A model generated the notes under the pieces. The model was not told where the DNA came from. It did not search any database and worked only from the letters and a program-made list of their open reading frames with translations. The position numbers and the translations under genes were made by a program. From an uncultured Thermodesulfobacteriota bacterium (GTDB lineage: Bacteria; Desulfobacterota; DSWW01), in assembly GCA_964439795.1 (NCBI GenBank), contig CAYTRL010000002.1, positions 1-42,767 on the forward strand: a stretch of DNA of 42,767 nt, given 5' to 3'. Shown piece by piece: positions 6,880 through 15,239 of this stretch (position 1 is the first letter of the stretch; the number at the start of each line of letters is the position of its first letter).

Positions 6880-8721
6880 ATGGCGCACAAGCTGGACATG
6901 CGGGACATCCACTTCAACCTGTTCGAGATGCTGGGCGTGGAGAGCCTGTCCGAGTTCGAAGCGTTCAAGGATTTTACCGAGGAGGATTACCGGATGATCC
7001 TCTCCGAGGCGGAAAAGCTGGCGGTGAACATTATCGCCCCCACCCTGCCGGTCACGGACAAGGACGGGGCCAGGTTCGTGGACGGAAAGGTGGTGGTTCC
7101 GGAGGCGGTGCGGGAAGCGTTCCGGAAGTACAACGAGGGCGGATGGGGCGCCACCGGTGCCTCGCCGGAATTCGGCGGACAGGGGTTGCCCGGGTGCATC
7201 GCGGTGGCGGTGATGGACATCTGCGTTGCGGCCAACACCGGGTTCGGTCTGTACCAGGGCCTGACGAGCGCCACGGCGCACCTGCTCGAGGAGGAGGGGA
7301 GCGAGCACCTGAAGAACACGTACTGCGAGAAGATGTACACCGGCCAGTGGGCCGGCGTCATGGTGCTCACCGAGCCCCAGGCCGGGAGCGCCGTGGGGGA
7401 CGTGAAAACCACGGCCCGGCCCGACGGGGACACGTACCAGCTCACCGGCAACAAGATCTTCATCTCCGGCGGCGATCACGACATGACGGAGAACATCCTC
7501 CACGTGCTCCTGGCCCGGATCGAGGGAGCCCCCCCGGGCATCAAGGGCCTGAGCCTGTTCGCCGCCCCCAAGTACCTGGTGAACCCGGACGGGACGCCGG
7601 GCGCGTTCAACAACATCGTGGCCACGGGCTGCGAGGAGAAGATGGGCCTGCACTCTTCGGCCACCTGTTCTCTCTCCTACGGGGACGACGGCCCCTGCAA
7701 AGGCTGGCTCATCGGCGAGGAGCACGGGGGGATCCAGATGATGTTCAAGCTGATGAACCACGCCCGGCTGGGCGCGGGCCTGCAGGGGACCTCCCAGGCA
7801 TCGGCGGCCTACCATCTGGCCGTGGATTATGCCCATGAACGGATCCAGGGCGTTCGCGTCCAGGACTTCAGGGACCCTGAGGCCCCCCGGGTCCCCATCA
7901 TCGACCACCCGGACATCCGTCGCATGCTGCTCACCCAGAAGGCCATCGTGGAGGCCACGCGCAGCCTGATCTACTCCTGCTCGTTCTGGCTCGAACAGGC
8001 CAGGCACACGGACGACGAGGAGCTTCGCAGCCGTCTCAACCAGACCGTGGAACTGCTCACCCCGGTGTGCAAGGCCTACTCCACAGAGAAGGGGTTCGAA
8101 TCCACTTGCCTGGCCCTCCAGGTTCTGGGCGGGTACGGGTACTGCGAGGAGTACGGGGTGAGCGTACTGGTCCGGGACGCCAAGATCGGCACCATCTACG
8201 AGGGGACCACCGGCATCCAGGCCATGGACCTGCTGGGCCGGAAGGTGGCCATGAAGTCGGGGGCCCTGTTCATGAACTTCATGGGCATTCTGAACGACTT
8301 CGTGGAGAAGCACCGGGAGCATTCGGAACTGGGCAGGCACATGGGGTTGCTGGGGGAGGCCAAGGACCAGCTGGCCCAGGCCACCATGACTCTGGGCACC
8401 CGGGGGATGAGCGGAGACGTGAACTACCCGCTGCTCTACGCCACACCGTACAGCTTCATGTTCGGGCACGTGGTCTGTGCCTACTTCATCCTGAACCAGG
8501 CCCTGACCGCCCACGAGAAGCTGGAGAAGCTCTTCGGTGAAAAGGGTGCCGGCACGGACGAGGAGAAGAAAAAGCTCGTCCGGGACCATGCGGACGCCCG
8601 CTTCTACCACAACAAGATCCAGACAGCCAAGTTCTTTGCCACCAACATCCTGCCCGGGGTGTACGGAGTCGCCCGGGCCGTGGAGTCCGACGACACCAGC
8701 CCCATGGAAGTGGTGTTTTGA
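6880..8721 (+). CDS. acyl-CoA dehydrogenase, long (about 600 aa, FadE-like) type with C-terminal extension
   Basis: 613 aa. Motifs FISGGDHD, GLHSSATC and IYEGTTGIQAMDLLGRK (catalytic Glu region). SD GGGGAG upstream of the ATG. Confidence 0.9.
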   Translation: MAHKLDMRDIHFNLFEMLGVESLSEFEAFKDFTEEDYRMILSEAEKLAVNIIAPTLPVTDKDGARFVDGKVVVPEAVREAFRKYNEGGWGATGASPEFGGQGLPGCIAVAVMDICVAANTGFGLYQGLTSATAHLLEEEGSEHLKNTYCEKMYTGQWAGVMVLTEPQAGSAVGDVKTTARPDGDTYQLTGNKIFISGGDHDMTENILHVLLARIEGAPPGIKGLSLFAAPKYLVNPDGTPGAFNNIVATGCEEKMGLHSSATCSLSYGDDGPCKGWLIGEEHGGIQMMFKLMNHARLGAGLQGTSQASAAYHLAVDYAHERIQGVRVQDFRDPEAPRVPIIDHPDIRRMLLTQKAIVEATRSLIYSCSFWLEQARHTDDEELRSRLNQTVELLTPVCKAYSTEKGFESTCLALQVLGGYGYCEEYGVSVLVRDAKIGTIYEGTTGIQAMDLLGRKVAMKSGALFMNFMGILNDFVEKHREHSELGRHMGLLGEAKDQLAQATMTLGTRGMSGDVNYPLLYATPYSFMFGHVVCAYFILNQALTAHEKLEKLFGEKGAGTDEEKKKLVRDHADARFYHNKIQTAKFFATNILPGVYGVARAVESDDTSPMEVVF

Positions 8722-8738
8722 GGCGTACCTCGCATTTC

Positions 8739-8767
8739 TTGCAACAATTTGATTCAAATTGTATCAT
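8739..8767 (+). promoter_or_regulatory. candidate sigma70 promoter with a perfect 19-bp palindrome in the spacer
   Basis: TTGCAA (8739-8744), 17-nt spacer, TATCAT (8762-8767). ACAATTTGA-T-TCAAATTGT at 8744-8762 is a perfect palindrome. Confidence 0.45.
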
Positions 8768-8866
8768 GGATGTTAAGTAATTGAGGTAGATTCGGATCTA
8801 TTCGCCGGATCACCGCACCCATATTGCAACACGCAACCAGAGACGAAACACCCCCTGCCTGGACAG

Positions 8867-10312
8867 GTGGACCGCAAGGAGCAACAGCTTGAAACATCTT
8901 CCGGCTTCCGGTGGGAGTTTCCGTTGAAAAACGACCGCCCCTCCTGCTTCGAGGATTCACTGAGCTGCATGGAACGGGACTGCCCCGCCCCATGCAGGAT
9001 GATCCTGGACAACGTGGCCGACGGCATCTTTACCGTGGACACGGAAGGGCTCATAACCTGGTTCAGCCCGTCCGCAGAGCGGATTACCGGATACAAGAAG
9101 GAAGAGGTTCTTGGCAAGCCCTGCCGGAGCATCTTCCAGACAGAGCTCTGCGGATCGGAAGCCTGCCCCTTTGAACGGACCCTCCAGGACCGGGAGTCCG
9201 TCACGAACCTGGAGGTGGTGATCCTGAACAAATGGGGCCGGCAGGTCCCGGTTTCGGTGAGCACGGCACCCATCCGCGATCGTAAGGGCAGGATCTTCGG
9301 TGCGGTGGAGACGTTCCGGGACCTGTCCATGCTCAAGGCCCACGAGCTGGAGACCCGGGAACGGTACTCCTTCAAAAACATCGTCACGAACAACGCCCGG
9401 ATGCTGGCCATCCTGAAGCATTTCAAAGACCTGGCCCTGAGCGACTCCCCCATCCTCCTGAGCGGAGAGAGCGGCACGGGAAAGGAACTCCTGGCCCGGG
9501 CCGTGCACGAACTGAGCCGGCGAAAAGACGAGCCGTACATCGCCGTGAACTGCGGCGCTATCCCGGACACCCTCATGGAGTCCGAGCTGTTCGGTTATCG
9601 GAAAGGGGCGTTTACCGACGCCAAGCAGCACAAGCCCGGCCGGTTCGCCCTGGCCGAGAACGGCACCCTGTTTCTGGATGAGATCGGTGACTTGCCCCTG
9701 GAGGTGCAGGGCAAGCTGCTGCGGGTGCTGGAGGGAGGCGATTACCAGCCCCTGGGCAGCACGGAGACCCTGAAGGCCGATGTGAGGATCATCACGGCCA
9801 CCAACAAGGACCTGTTTTCCCAGATCCAGGCGGGGAACTTCCGCGAGGACCTGTACTACCGGATCAACGTGGTGCAGATCGATATCCCTGCGCTTCGGCA
9901 GAGGCGCGACGACATCCCCCTGCTGATCGAGCACTTCCTGAAGCGCCTGAACCGAAAGCGAAACAAGTCCATCGCCGGCCTGTCCAGGGCGGCGGAAGAA
10001 ATTCTGCTTCACTACGAATTTCCGGGCAACATCCGGGAACTGGAGAACATCCTCGACTACGCCTCCATCGTGTGCAAGAAACCCCTCATCGAGCCCGGCC
10101 ACCTCCCGGCCTATCTCCTCCGCAGGGAGGAATCTCCGTCCCCGGCATTGCCCGGGAAAAAGCCGGACACCGACCTTCGCCAGATGGAAAGGGAGGAGAT
10201 CGTCCGGGCGCTGAAGGCTCACCGCTGGAACCGCCAGGCCGCGGCCGACTCTCTGGGAATCAGCCGGACAACGTTGTGGAGGAAGATTCAGAAGATGCAG
10301 ATCCAGGCGTAA
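8867..10312 (+). CDS. sigma54-dependent transcriptional activator (Cys-rich N-terminus + PAS + AAA+ + Fis-type HTH)
   Basis: Walker A GESGTGKE, intact GAFTDA loop, Walker [28 protein letters not shown], and C-terminal [14 protein letters not shown]. The start is ambiguous: GTG 8867, TTG 8924 (with GGGAG SD) or ATG 8969. Confidence 0.9.
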   Translation: MDRKEQQLETSSGFRWEFPLKNDRPSCFEDSLSCMERDCPAPCRMILDNVADGIFTVDTEGLITWFSPSAERITGYKKEEVLGKPCRSIFQTELCGSEACPFERTLQDRESVTNLEVVILNKWGRQVPVSVSTAPIRDRKGRIFGAVETFRDLSMLKAHELETRERYSFKNIVTNNARMLAILKHFKDLALSDSPILLSGESGTGKELLARAVHELSRRKDEPYIAVNCGAIPDTLMESELFGYRKGAFTDAKQHKPGRFALAENGTLFLDEIGDLPLEVQGKLLRVLEGGDYQPLGSTETLKADVRIITATNKDLFSQIQAGNFREDLYYRINVVQIDIPALRQRRDDIPLLIEHFLKRLNRKRNKSIAGLSRAAEEILLHYEFPGNIRELENILDYASIVCKKPLIEPGHLPAYLLRREESPSPALPGKKPDTDLRQMEREEIVRALKAHRWNRQAAADSLGISRTTLWRKIQKMQIQA

Positions 10313-10418
10313 ATGATCCCCCGGCAAAGACGGGGACATTGTGATATTGCCACTCGGAAACGTTCGCGCTCCCTCAAGGGGCTGGTTCCCTGGGGACAGG
10401 AACCGATGCCCCGTGAAG

Positions 10419-10593
10419 GACATTGCGAGGAGCCGCAGGCGACGCGGCAAACCCCCGGCGCAGCAGAGAATCCCCCTGGACCGGGGGGTCGCGTCACTCT
10501 TTAATGATCTTCTCCGGCGCCGGATGACCTGCGGAGCCTTGAGGCCGCGTTTTGCCGTTCGCGATCTTCGACCGCGCTCCGCTCGCAATCTCC
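10419..10593. repeat. MITE-like repeat family, full-length copy (C)
   Basis: GACATTGCGAGGAGCCGCAGGCGACGCGGCAAAC ... TTGCCGTTCGCGATCTTCGACCGCGCTCCGCTCGCAATCTCC. The upstream flank GGAACCGATGCCCCGTGAAG matches 834-854. Confidence 0.7.
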
Positions 10594-10707
10594 ACATCTG
10601 TATCTCCCGGCATCTTTGCAGTAATCCGATCCAAACCTCCAACTCCACCCGTTACTTCAAATGCCTTGCTGCAAGGATCTACGGAAAATCCGGCTTTTTC
10701 GAACAAA

Positions 10708-10808
10708 ATGAAACGCTTTGGTTCTGATTGTTTCATTTCGTTGCAGAACAGTTTTTCCCCTGTCTTCCAGGCATGAAACCAGGTATTGTTTCACTTTGTT
10801 GCAGAACA
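10708..10808 (+). promoter_or_regulatory. paired upstream sites (candidate enhancer/UAS) for the sigma54 promoter
   Basis: Two 21-nt direct repeats, GTTTCATTTCGTTGCAGAACA (10730-10750) and GTTTCACTTTGTTGCAGAACA (10788-10808), match at 19 of 21 positions. Each GTTTCA is paired with an upstream TGAAAC (10709-10714 with a 15-nt spacer; 10774-10779 with an 8-nt spacer). They lie 85-185 bp upstream of the -24/-12 element in an AT-rich stretch. Confidence 0.45.
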
Positions 10809-10892
10809 ATCTGTTGCATTTCTTTTCTCCTGCTGACAAGAAATAACAGCAACATTCTGTTTTCATTGAATATTTTCTACTCGTTTCCTTCC

Positions 10893-10908
10893 TGGCATCG
10901 TAATTGCT
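10893..10908 (+). promoter_or_regulatory. sigma54 (-24/-12) promoter
   Basis: TGGCAT-CGTAA-TTGCT matches the TGGCAC-N5-TTGCW consensus with exact GG/GC spacing. Confidence 0.6.
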
Positions 10909-10991
10909 TTTAATGCGGTCTTTTGATCCTCAATGCAACGCCCGGAAAAGACCTGACGGGCCGGACTCAAATTGTCGGTGGACCGCCTGAG

Positions 10992-12365
10992 ATGAAAGAC
11001 CCGTGGAATCCTCTGCAGATACTGGAAAACATCCCGGAAGGGGTGTTCGCCATCAACCAGGACTGCTGTATCACCTATTTCAATCAGAAGGCAGAGGAGA
11101 TCACGGGCTATAGCCGGAAGCAGGCTCTTGGCAGGACATGCCACGAGGTCTTCCGGCCGGAGATCTGCCAGTCCCGGTGTTCCATCAAGGAGTCCATGTC
11201 TACCGGCAAAGAGCTGTTCGACCACCAGGTCAATGTAATGGACCGCGCCTCCAAGCCCATGTCCATCCGGATCCAGACATCGCCCCTCCGGGATGAACAG
11301 GGAGCGGTGGTGGGCGGGCTGCAGACCTTTCACGTGATCGACCGGCCCGATGACGAGGTCCAGCGGGAGCTCACCCTGTTCGAACTCCGAAAAAAACTCG
11401 GGGCGGACAGGAAGATGGCCCGGATCTACGAACTGCTGCCCGACCTGGCCAACAGCGGGGCCCCGGTGCTGCTCCAGGGGGAACCCGGAACCGGAAAACG
11501 GTTGCTGGCCGGAGCCATACACAAGCTGAGCAGGCGCCGGAACGGGCCGTTCTTTCACGTGTACTGCAAGCAAAAAAACGCGGAGACCCTCACGCGGGAA
11601 CTGCTGGGGACACCCTCTGATCTGGATGGGCAAACCCGTACCCGGGAGCCGGGGATTCTGGAGAAGTCGAACCGGGGCACCCTGTTTCTCGAAAGGATCG
11701 GCGCCCTGTCGTACCCGCTCCAGGTGAGTCTCTTCAAGGCCATGGAGAAAGGGAAATACATCCCGGTGGGTTCGGGCGCCTCTGTGGAATCGGACTTCCG
11801 CCTGATCGCGTCCACGGAGACGGACCTGGAAAACAAGGTAAGGGAAGGGACCTTTCCGGAGAACCTTTTCTATTGCCTGAACGTGTTCAAGATCGCCATA
11901 CCGCCGTTGCGCGAGCACCGGGAGGACATTCCGGCCCTGGCCCTGGACATCCTGTGGCGGTTGAAGCTGGAACAGGGCAAAGACGTGCACGAGTTGGACG
12001 AAGAGGCGGTCCGGGTTCTGCTGGAGTACCCCTTCCCGGGAAACCTGGCCGAACTGGAGGAGACCCTCCGGCAGGGGTTCCATACAGCGCAGGGGAACAC
12101 GCTCCGGGCCGGGGACCTTCCCCATCATCTGCTCCACGCCGTGCCCGCTCTCGCAGGCCGTTCGGCGGCTGCCGGCCCGGGGGGGCTGGCGGACACGGTG
12201 GGGGAGGAGAGCAGAAAGATCCTGGCGGCGCTCATCCGCAACCACTGGAACCGGAAAAGGGCGGCCAGCGACCTGGGCATGGACCGCACCACCCTGTGGC
12301 GGAAGATGAAGCGCATGGGAATCCACTACACGAACCCGCCGCAGGAAGACGAGACGGAAAGGTAG
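10992..12365 (+). CDS. PAS + degenerate AAA+ (sigma54-activator-like) + Fis-type HTH regulator; likely ATPase-dead and unable to contact sigma54
   Basis: Walker A GEPGTGKR is kept. GAFTGA is replaced by TPSDLDGQT, Walker B reads LFLERIG (DE to ER), FREDLYYR reads FPENLFYC, and GNxREL reads GNLAEL. HTH MDRTTLWRKMK is kept. ATG 10992 is preferred because TTG 10923 lies only about 15 nt after the -12 element. Confidence 0.8.
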   Translation: MKDPWNPLQILENIPEGVFAINQDCCITYFNQKAEEITGYSRKQALGRTCHEVFRPEICQSRCSIKESMSTGKELFDHQVNVMDRASKPMSIRIQTSPLRDEQGAVVGGLQTFHVIDRPDDEVQRELTLFELRKKLGADRKMARIYELLPDLANSGAPVLLQGEPGTGKRLLAGAIHKLSRRRNGPFFHVYCKQKNAETLTRELLGTPSDLDGQTRTREPGILEKSNRGTLFLERIGALSYPLQVSLFKAMEKGKYIPVGSGASVESDFRLIASTETDLENKVREGTFPENLFYCLNVFKIAIPPLREHREDIPALALDILWRLKLEQGKDVHELDEEAVRVLLEYPFPGNLAELEETLRQGFHTAQGNTLRAGDLPHHLLHAVPALAGRSAAAGPGGLADTVGEESRKILAALIRNHWNRKRAASDLGMDRTTLWRKMKRMGIHYTNPPQEDETER

Positions 12366-12380
12366 CGGCAGGGAAGAAAC

Positions 12381-12396
12381 AGGCCCGGAAACTGCC
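12381..12396 (+). promoter_or_regulatory. weak candidate sigma54-type promoter upstream of the DsrM-like gene
   Basis: AGGCCCGGAAACTGCC has GG and GC at the consensus 12-nt register, but the other positions match poorly. Confidence 0.2.
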
Positions 12397-12496
12397 TGCA
12401 ACGAAAGATGAAAGCGGCGGAGTTTCCGGCCCTGACGATGATATAAGACAAGTCCGGAAAAAAAAGGTACCCCATCAGAAAAAGGAGGAAGAAAAG

Positions 12497-13426
12497 ATGC
12501 TTCTGGTTCAGATCCTGGTCTACTGTTCGGTCCTGATATTCTTGATAGCGGTAGCATCAAGATTCAGAAAATACGCGTCCGCACCGATCCACCTCAGGTG
12601 GGAGCTCTACCCCGTGGCCCACGAGGCGGAGAAAAAAGAATACGGCGGCTCGTACTATGAAGAGATGGACTGGTACAAGAAGCCGATCAAGAAGAGTCTT
12701 GTTTCGGAACTGATGGCCATGGCGGAGGAGATCCTCCTGCTCAAGGGCGTCTATGAAAACAACCGGAGCCTCTGGTACGCCTCGTACCCCTTTCACCTGG
12801 GCTTCTACATGCTGGTGGGCCTGCTGGGCCTCCTGGTGGCCGGCGCCCTGGCGATCTGGGTCGGGATCCCGGTGGCCGCGGACTCCACGTCCTGGATCGG
12901 CATGGCCCTGTTCTACGCCACCATCCTCTGCGGCTACGCCGGGCTCACCCTGGCGCTGCTGGGCTGCATCGGCCTGCTCTTGAAGAGGATCCAGGACCCG
13001 TCTCTGCGGCCCATGACCTCGCCCGCGGACTACTGCAACCTGGTCTACATCCTGGTGCTCCTGGCCACCGCGCTGGTGGCCTGGCTGTTCACGGACCAGA
13101 CCTATACGGCCACACGCGAAATCGCCCTGTCGCTCATCCAGTTCAAGGGGCTCGAAAACGTTTCCGGCCCGATTGCCCTGGAGCTGGTCCTGTTCTCCCT
13201 GTTTCTTCTCTACATGCCGTACACGCGCATGACCCACATTTTCGCGAAATACTTCACGTATCACAAGGTGCGGTGGGAAGACGCCCCGAACCTCCGGGGA
13301 GGCCCCATGGAGCCAGCGATCAAGGAGGCCCTGAACTACGGCGTCAGCTGGAACGGACCGCACATTCAGACCGGTAAAAACTGGGCGCAAATCGCCACAG
13401 AGATCCCCGAGGAGGAAGGAGCATGA
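12497..13426 (+). CDS. NarI/DsrM/HdrE-like polytopic membrane (b-type cytochrome-like) subunit
   Basis: SD AAAGGAGGAA precedes ATG 12497. There are about 5-6 hydrophobic helices. Conserved His residues occur in YPFHLGFY and TRMTHIFAKYFTYH. The stop overlaps the next start (ATGA). The ORF-track extension to 11873 is out of frame with the regulator and Arg/Gly-rich. Confidence 0.75.
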   Translation: MLLVQILVYCSVLIFLIAVASRFRKYASAPIHLRWELYPVAHEAEKKEYGGSYYEEMDWYKKPIKKSLVSELMAMAEEILLLKGVYENNRSLWYASYPFHLGFYMLVGLLGLLVAGALAIWVGIPVAADSTSWIGMALFYATILCGYAGLTLALLGCIGLLLKRIQDPSLRPMTSPADYCNLVYILVLLATALVAWLFTDQTYTATREIALSLIQFKGLENVSGPIALELVLFSLFLLYMPYTRMTHIFAKYFTYHKVRWEDAPNLRGGPMEPAIKEALNYGVSWNGPHIQTGKNWAQIATEIPEEEGA

Positions 13427-13608
13427 AGGCACAGGACGGGAAAATAAAAGACATGAGCAACTCGGAAGAGCAGATCACCCGGCTCGACCCCAAGGAGTTC
13501 ATGGAGCCGCCCCAAGGAGGAAGGCGCATGAAGCCACAAGACGTGAGAATCAAAGACATGAGCAGTTCGGAAGAGCAGATCACCCGGCTCGACCCCAAGG
13601 AGTTCATG
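13412..13608 (+). repeat. 105-bp in-frame tandem duplication of the SD/start/N-terminus of the DsrK-like gene
   Basis: 13412-13503 and 13517-13608 align with about 8 mismatches in 92 nt by eye. Both units carry GAGGAAGG-N-GCATGAAG. The protein therefore reads MKAQDGKIKDMSNSEEQITRLDPKEFM..., then MKPQDVRIKDMSSSEEQITRLDPKEFM. Confidence 0.9.
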
Positions 13609-15141
13609 AAGCTCCCCCACCCGTACGAGGACTGGGATGACGGGGAGATGCAGGAGCTCACCGACGACCAGAAAACCCGGATCGAGCACGGCCTGGACGG
13701 GGTGTCGGCCATCGGCCTGACCAAGCCGGACAGCGAAGAGGAAAAAGCGAAACAGGTGGCCAGCTTCCTGGAAGGCCTGGCCAAGCTGTTCACCAAGGAG
13801 AACAACTGGACCTTTCTGCAGCAGCTGATGCTGAGCATGGAAAACTGCGTGAAGTGCCAGACCTGCAACGACGCCTGCCCGGTTTACACCGAGAGCGGGG
13901 GGGCGGAGATCTACCGTCCCACCTTCCGGGCGGAGACGCTGCGGGCGATCAAGAACAAGTACCTGACGCCCGGCGGCAAGGTCCTGTCCAAGTTCCGGGG
14001 GAACGACATCGACCTGACCTGGGACACCATGGCCCGGCTGGCGGAGCTCTCCTACCGGTGCACGCTTTGCCGGCGATGCGCCCAGACCTGCCCCATCGGC
14101 GTGGACAACGGCCTGATCAACCGGGAGATCCGCAAGCTCTTCAGCCAGGAGCTGGGCATCACCGTGATGGAGCTTCACTCCGGCGGGACGGTCAAGCAAC
14201 TCAAGACCGGGTCCTCCACCGGCATGAACCCCACGGCCCTCATGGACATCATCGAGTTCGCCGAGGAGGACATCGAGGAGAAGACCGGCCTGCAGATCAA
14301 GATCCCTTTCGACAAGGAGGGGGCCGATTACCTGGTGATGCACAACGCCGGGGAGTTCCTTTCCTGGCCGGAGAACCTCCAGGCCTTTGCCATCCTGTTC
14401 GAGATCGCCGGCGTGAACTGGACCATGTCCAGCGAGATGGTGGGATACGATTCGGTGAACTACGGCCTTTTCTACGACGACGTCCAGCTGGCGCGCATCG
14501 CACTGAAGCAGGCCGGCATCGCCAAGGACCTCAAGGTCAAGAGCGTGCTCCAGGGCGAGTGCGGGCACGCGCACAAGGCGTTCATGCCGATCTCGGACCG
14601 CATCTTCGTGGAGGAGATGAACATCCCCCGGGAGAGCTGTTTCCCCCTGTTCGAGGACCTGGTGTGCAACGGGAAGATCAAGCTCGACCCTTCCCGGAAC
14701 AACTTCCCGGTGACCCTGCATGACCCGTGCAACGTGGCTCGGAACATGGGGATCATCATGCCCCAGCGGCGCGTCATGAAGGCCATCTGCCCCCAGTTCC
14801 GTGAGATGACCCCCCACGGTGTGACCAACTACTGCTGCGGCGGGGGAAGCGGGTTCGCCATCATGCAGGGGAGCAACTTCCCGGACTGGCGGAACAAGGT
14901 CTCCGGCCGCATGAAGTTCAAGCAGTGCCTGGACGCCTTTCAGGACGATATCGCACCGGAGACCCGGAAGTACATCTGCGCCCCCTGCTCCAACTGCAAG
15001 GGCCAGTTCCGGGACCTGCTGGAGCACTTCGAAGCCTGGGACAAGACCGGCATGCATTACGGCGGCCTGGTGGAACTGATCGTCAACGCCATGGTGGACG
15101 TGAAAGAGGGCTTCCTGGAATGGCCGGATGACGACATGTAA
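13423..15141 (+). CDS. HdrD/DsrK-like iron-sulfur oxidoreductase (two 4Fe-4S ferredoxin motifs + two CCG domains)
   Basis: CVKCQTCNDACP and CTLCRRCAQTCP ferredoxin motifs. CCG-domain cysteines at ECGHAH...DPCNV and YCCGGGSG...PCSNC. 572 aa. Confidence 0.85.
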   Translation: MKAQDGKIKDMSNSEEQITRLDPKEFMEPPQGGRRMKPQDVRIKDMSSSEEQITRLDPKEFMKLPHPYEDWDDGEMQELTDDQKTRIEHGLDGVSAIGLTKPDSEEEKAKQVASFLEGLAKLFTKENNWTFLQQLMLSMENCVKCQTCNDACPVYTESGGAEIYRPTFRAETLRAIKNKYLTPGGKVLSKFRGNDIDLTWDTMARLAELSYRCTLCRRCAQTCPIGVDNGLINREIRKLFSQELGITVMELHSGGTVKQLKTGSSTGMNPTALMDIIEFAEEDIEEKTGLQIKIPFDKEGADYLVMHNAGEFLSWPENLQAFAILFEIAGVNWTMSSEMVGYDSVNYGLFYDDVQLARIALKQAGIAKDLKVKSVLQGECGHAHKAFMPISDRIFVEEMNIPRESCFPLFEDLVCNGKIKLDPSRNNFPVTLHDPCNVARNMGIIMPQRRVMKAICPQFREMTPHGVTNYCCGGGSGFAIMQGSNFPDWRNKVSGRMKFKQCLDAFQDDIAPETRKYICAPCSNCKGQFRDLLEHFEAWDKTGMHYGGLVELIVNAMVDVKEGFLEWPDDDM

Positions 15142-15239
15142 GAGGCCGGGGAAGCGTTACGTTTCCACGGGCTGTTCCACAACATGTCCGATCCCGGGGG
15201 CGGTCCGAGACGGCCGCCCCCGGGCGAGCGCCTCCGGGG

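Noticed and set aside
8093-8103. GGTTCGAATCC, a tRNA T-arm-like string.
   Set aside because: It lies inside the acyl-CoA dehydrogenase reading frame (…KGFEST…), and no acceptor or anticodon stems can be drawn around it.
6856-8757. Very long ORFs antisense to or out of frame with the called genes. Examples: 1422-2840, 2903-4507, 6856-8757, 8957-10648, 10863-12560, 13366-15057, 21175-22563, 24422-25648, 27858-29420, 29952-31619, 36514-38310.
   Set aside because: Their translations are Arg/Gly/Pro/His-rich and low-complexity with no recognisable motifs. The opposite or alternative frame carries clear family signatures. Stop-free shadow frames of this kind are expected in high-GC DNA.
15193-15224. 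GC-rich hairpin CCCGGGGGCGG...CCGCCCCCGGG between the DsrK-like and CheY genes, considered as a terminator.
   Set aside because: No U-tract follows, and the CheY gene starts 16 nt later. It is more likely a stabilising or processing stem within an operon, and the evidence is insufficient to call it.
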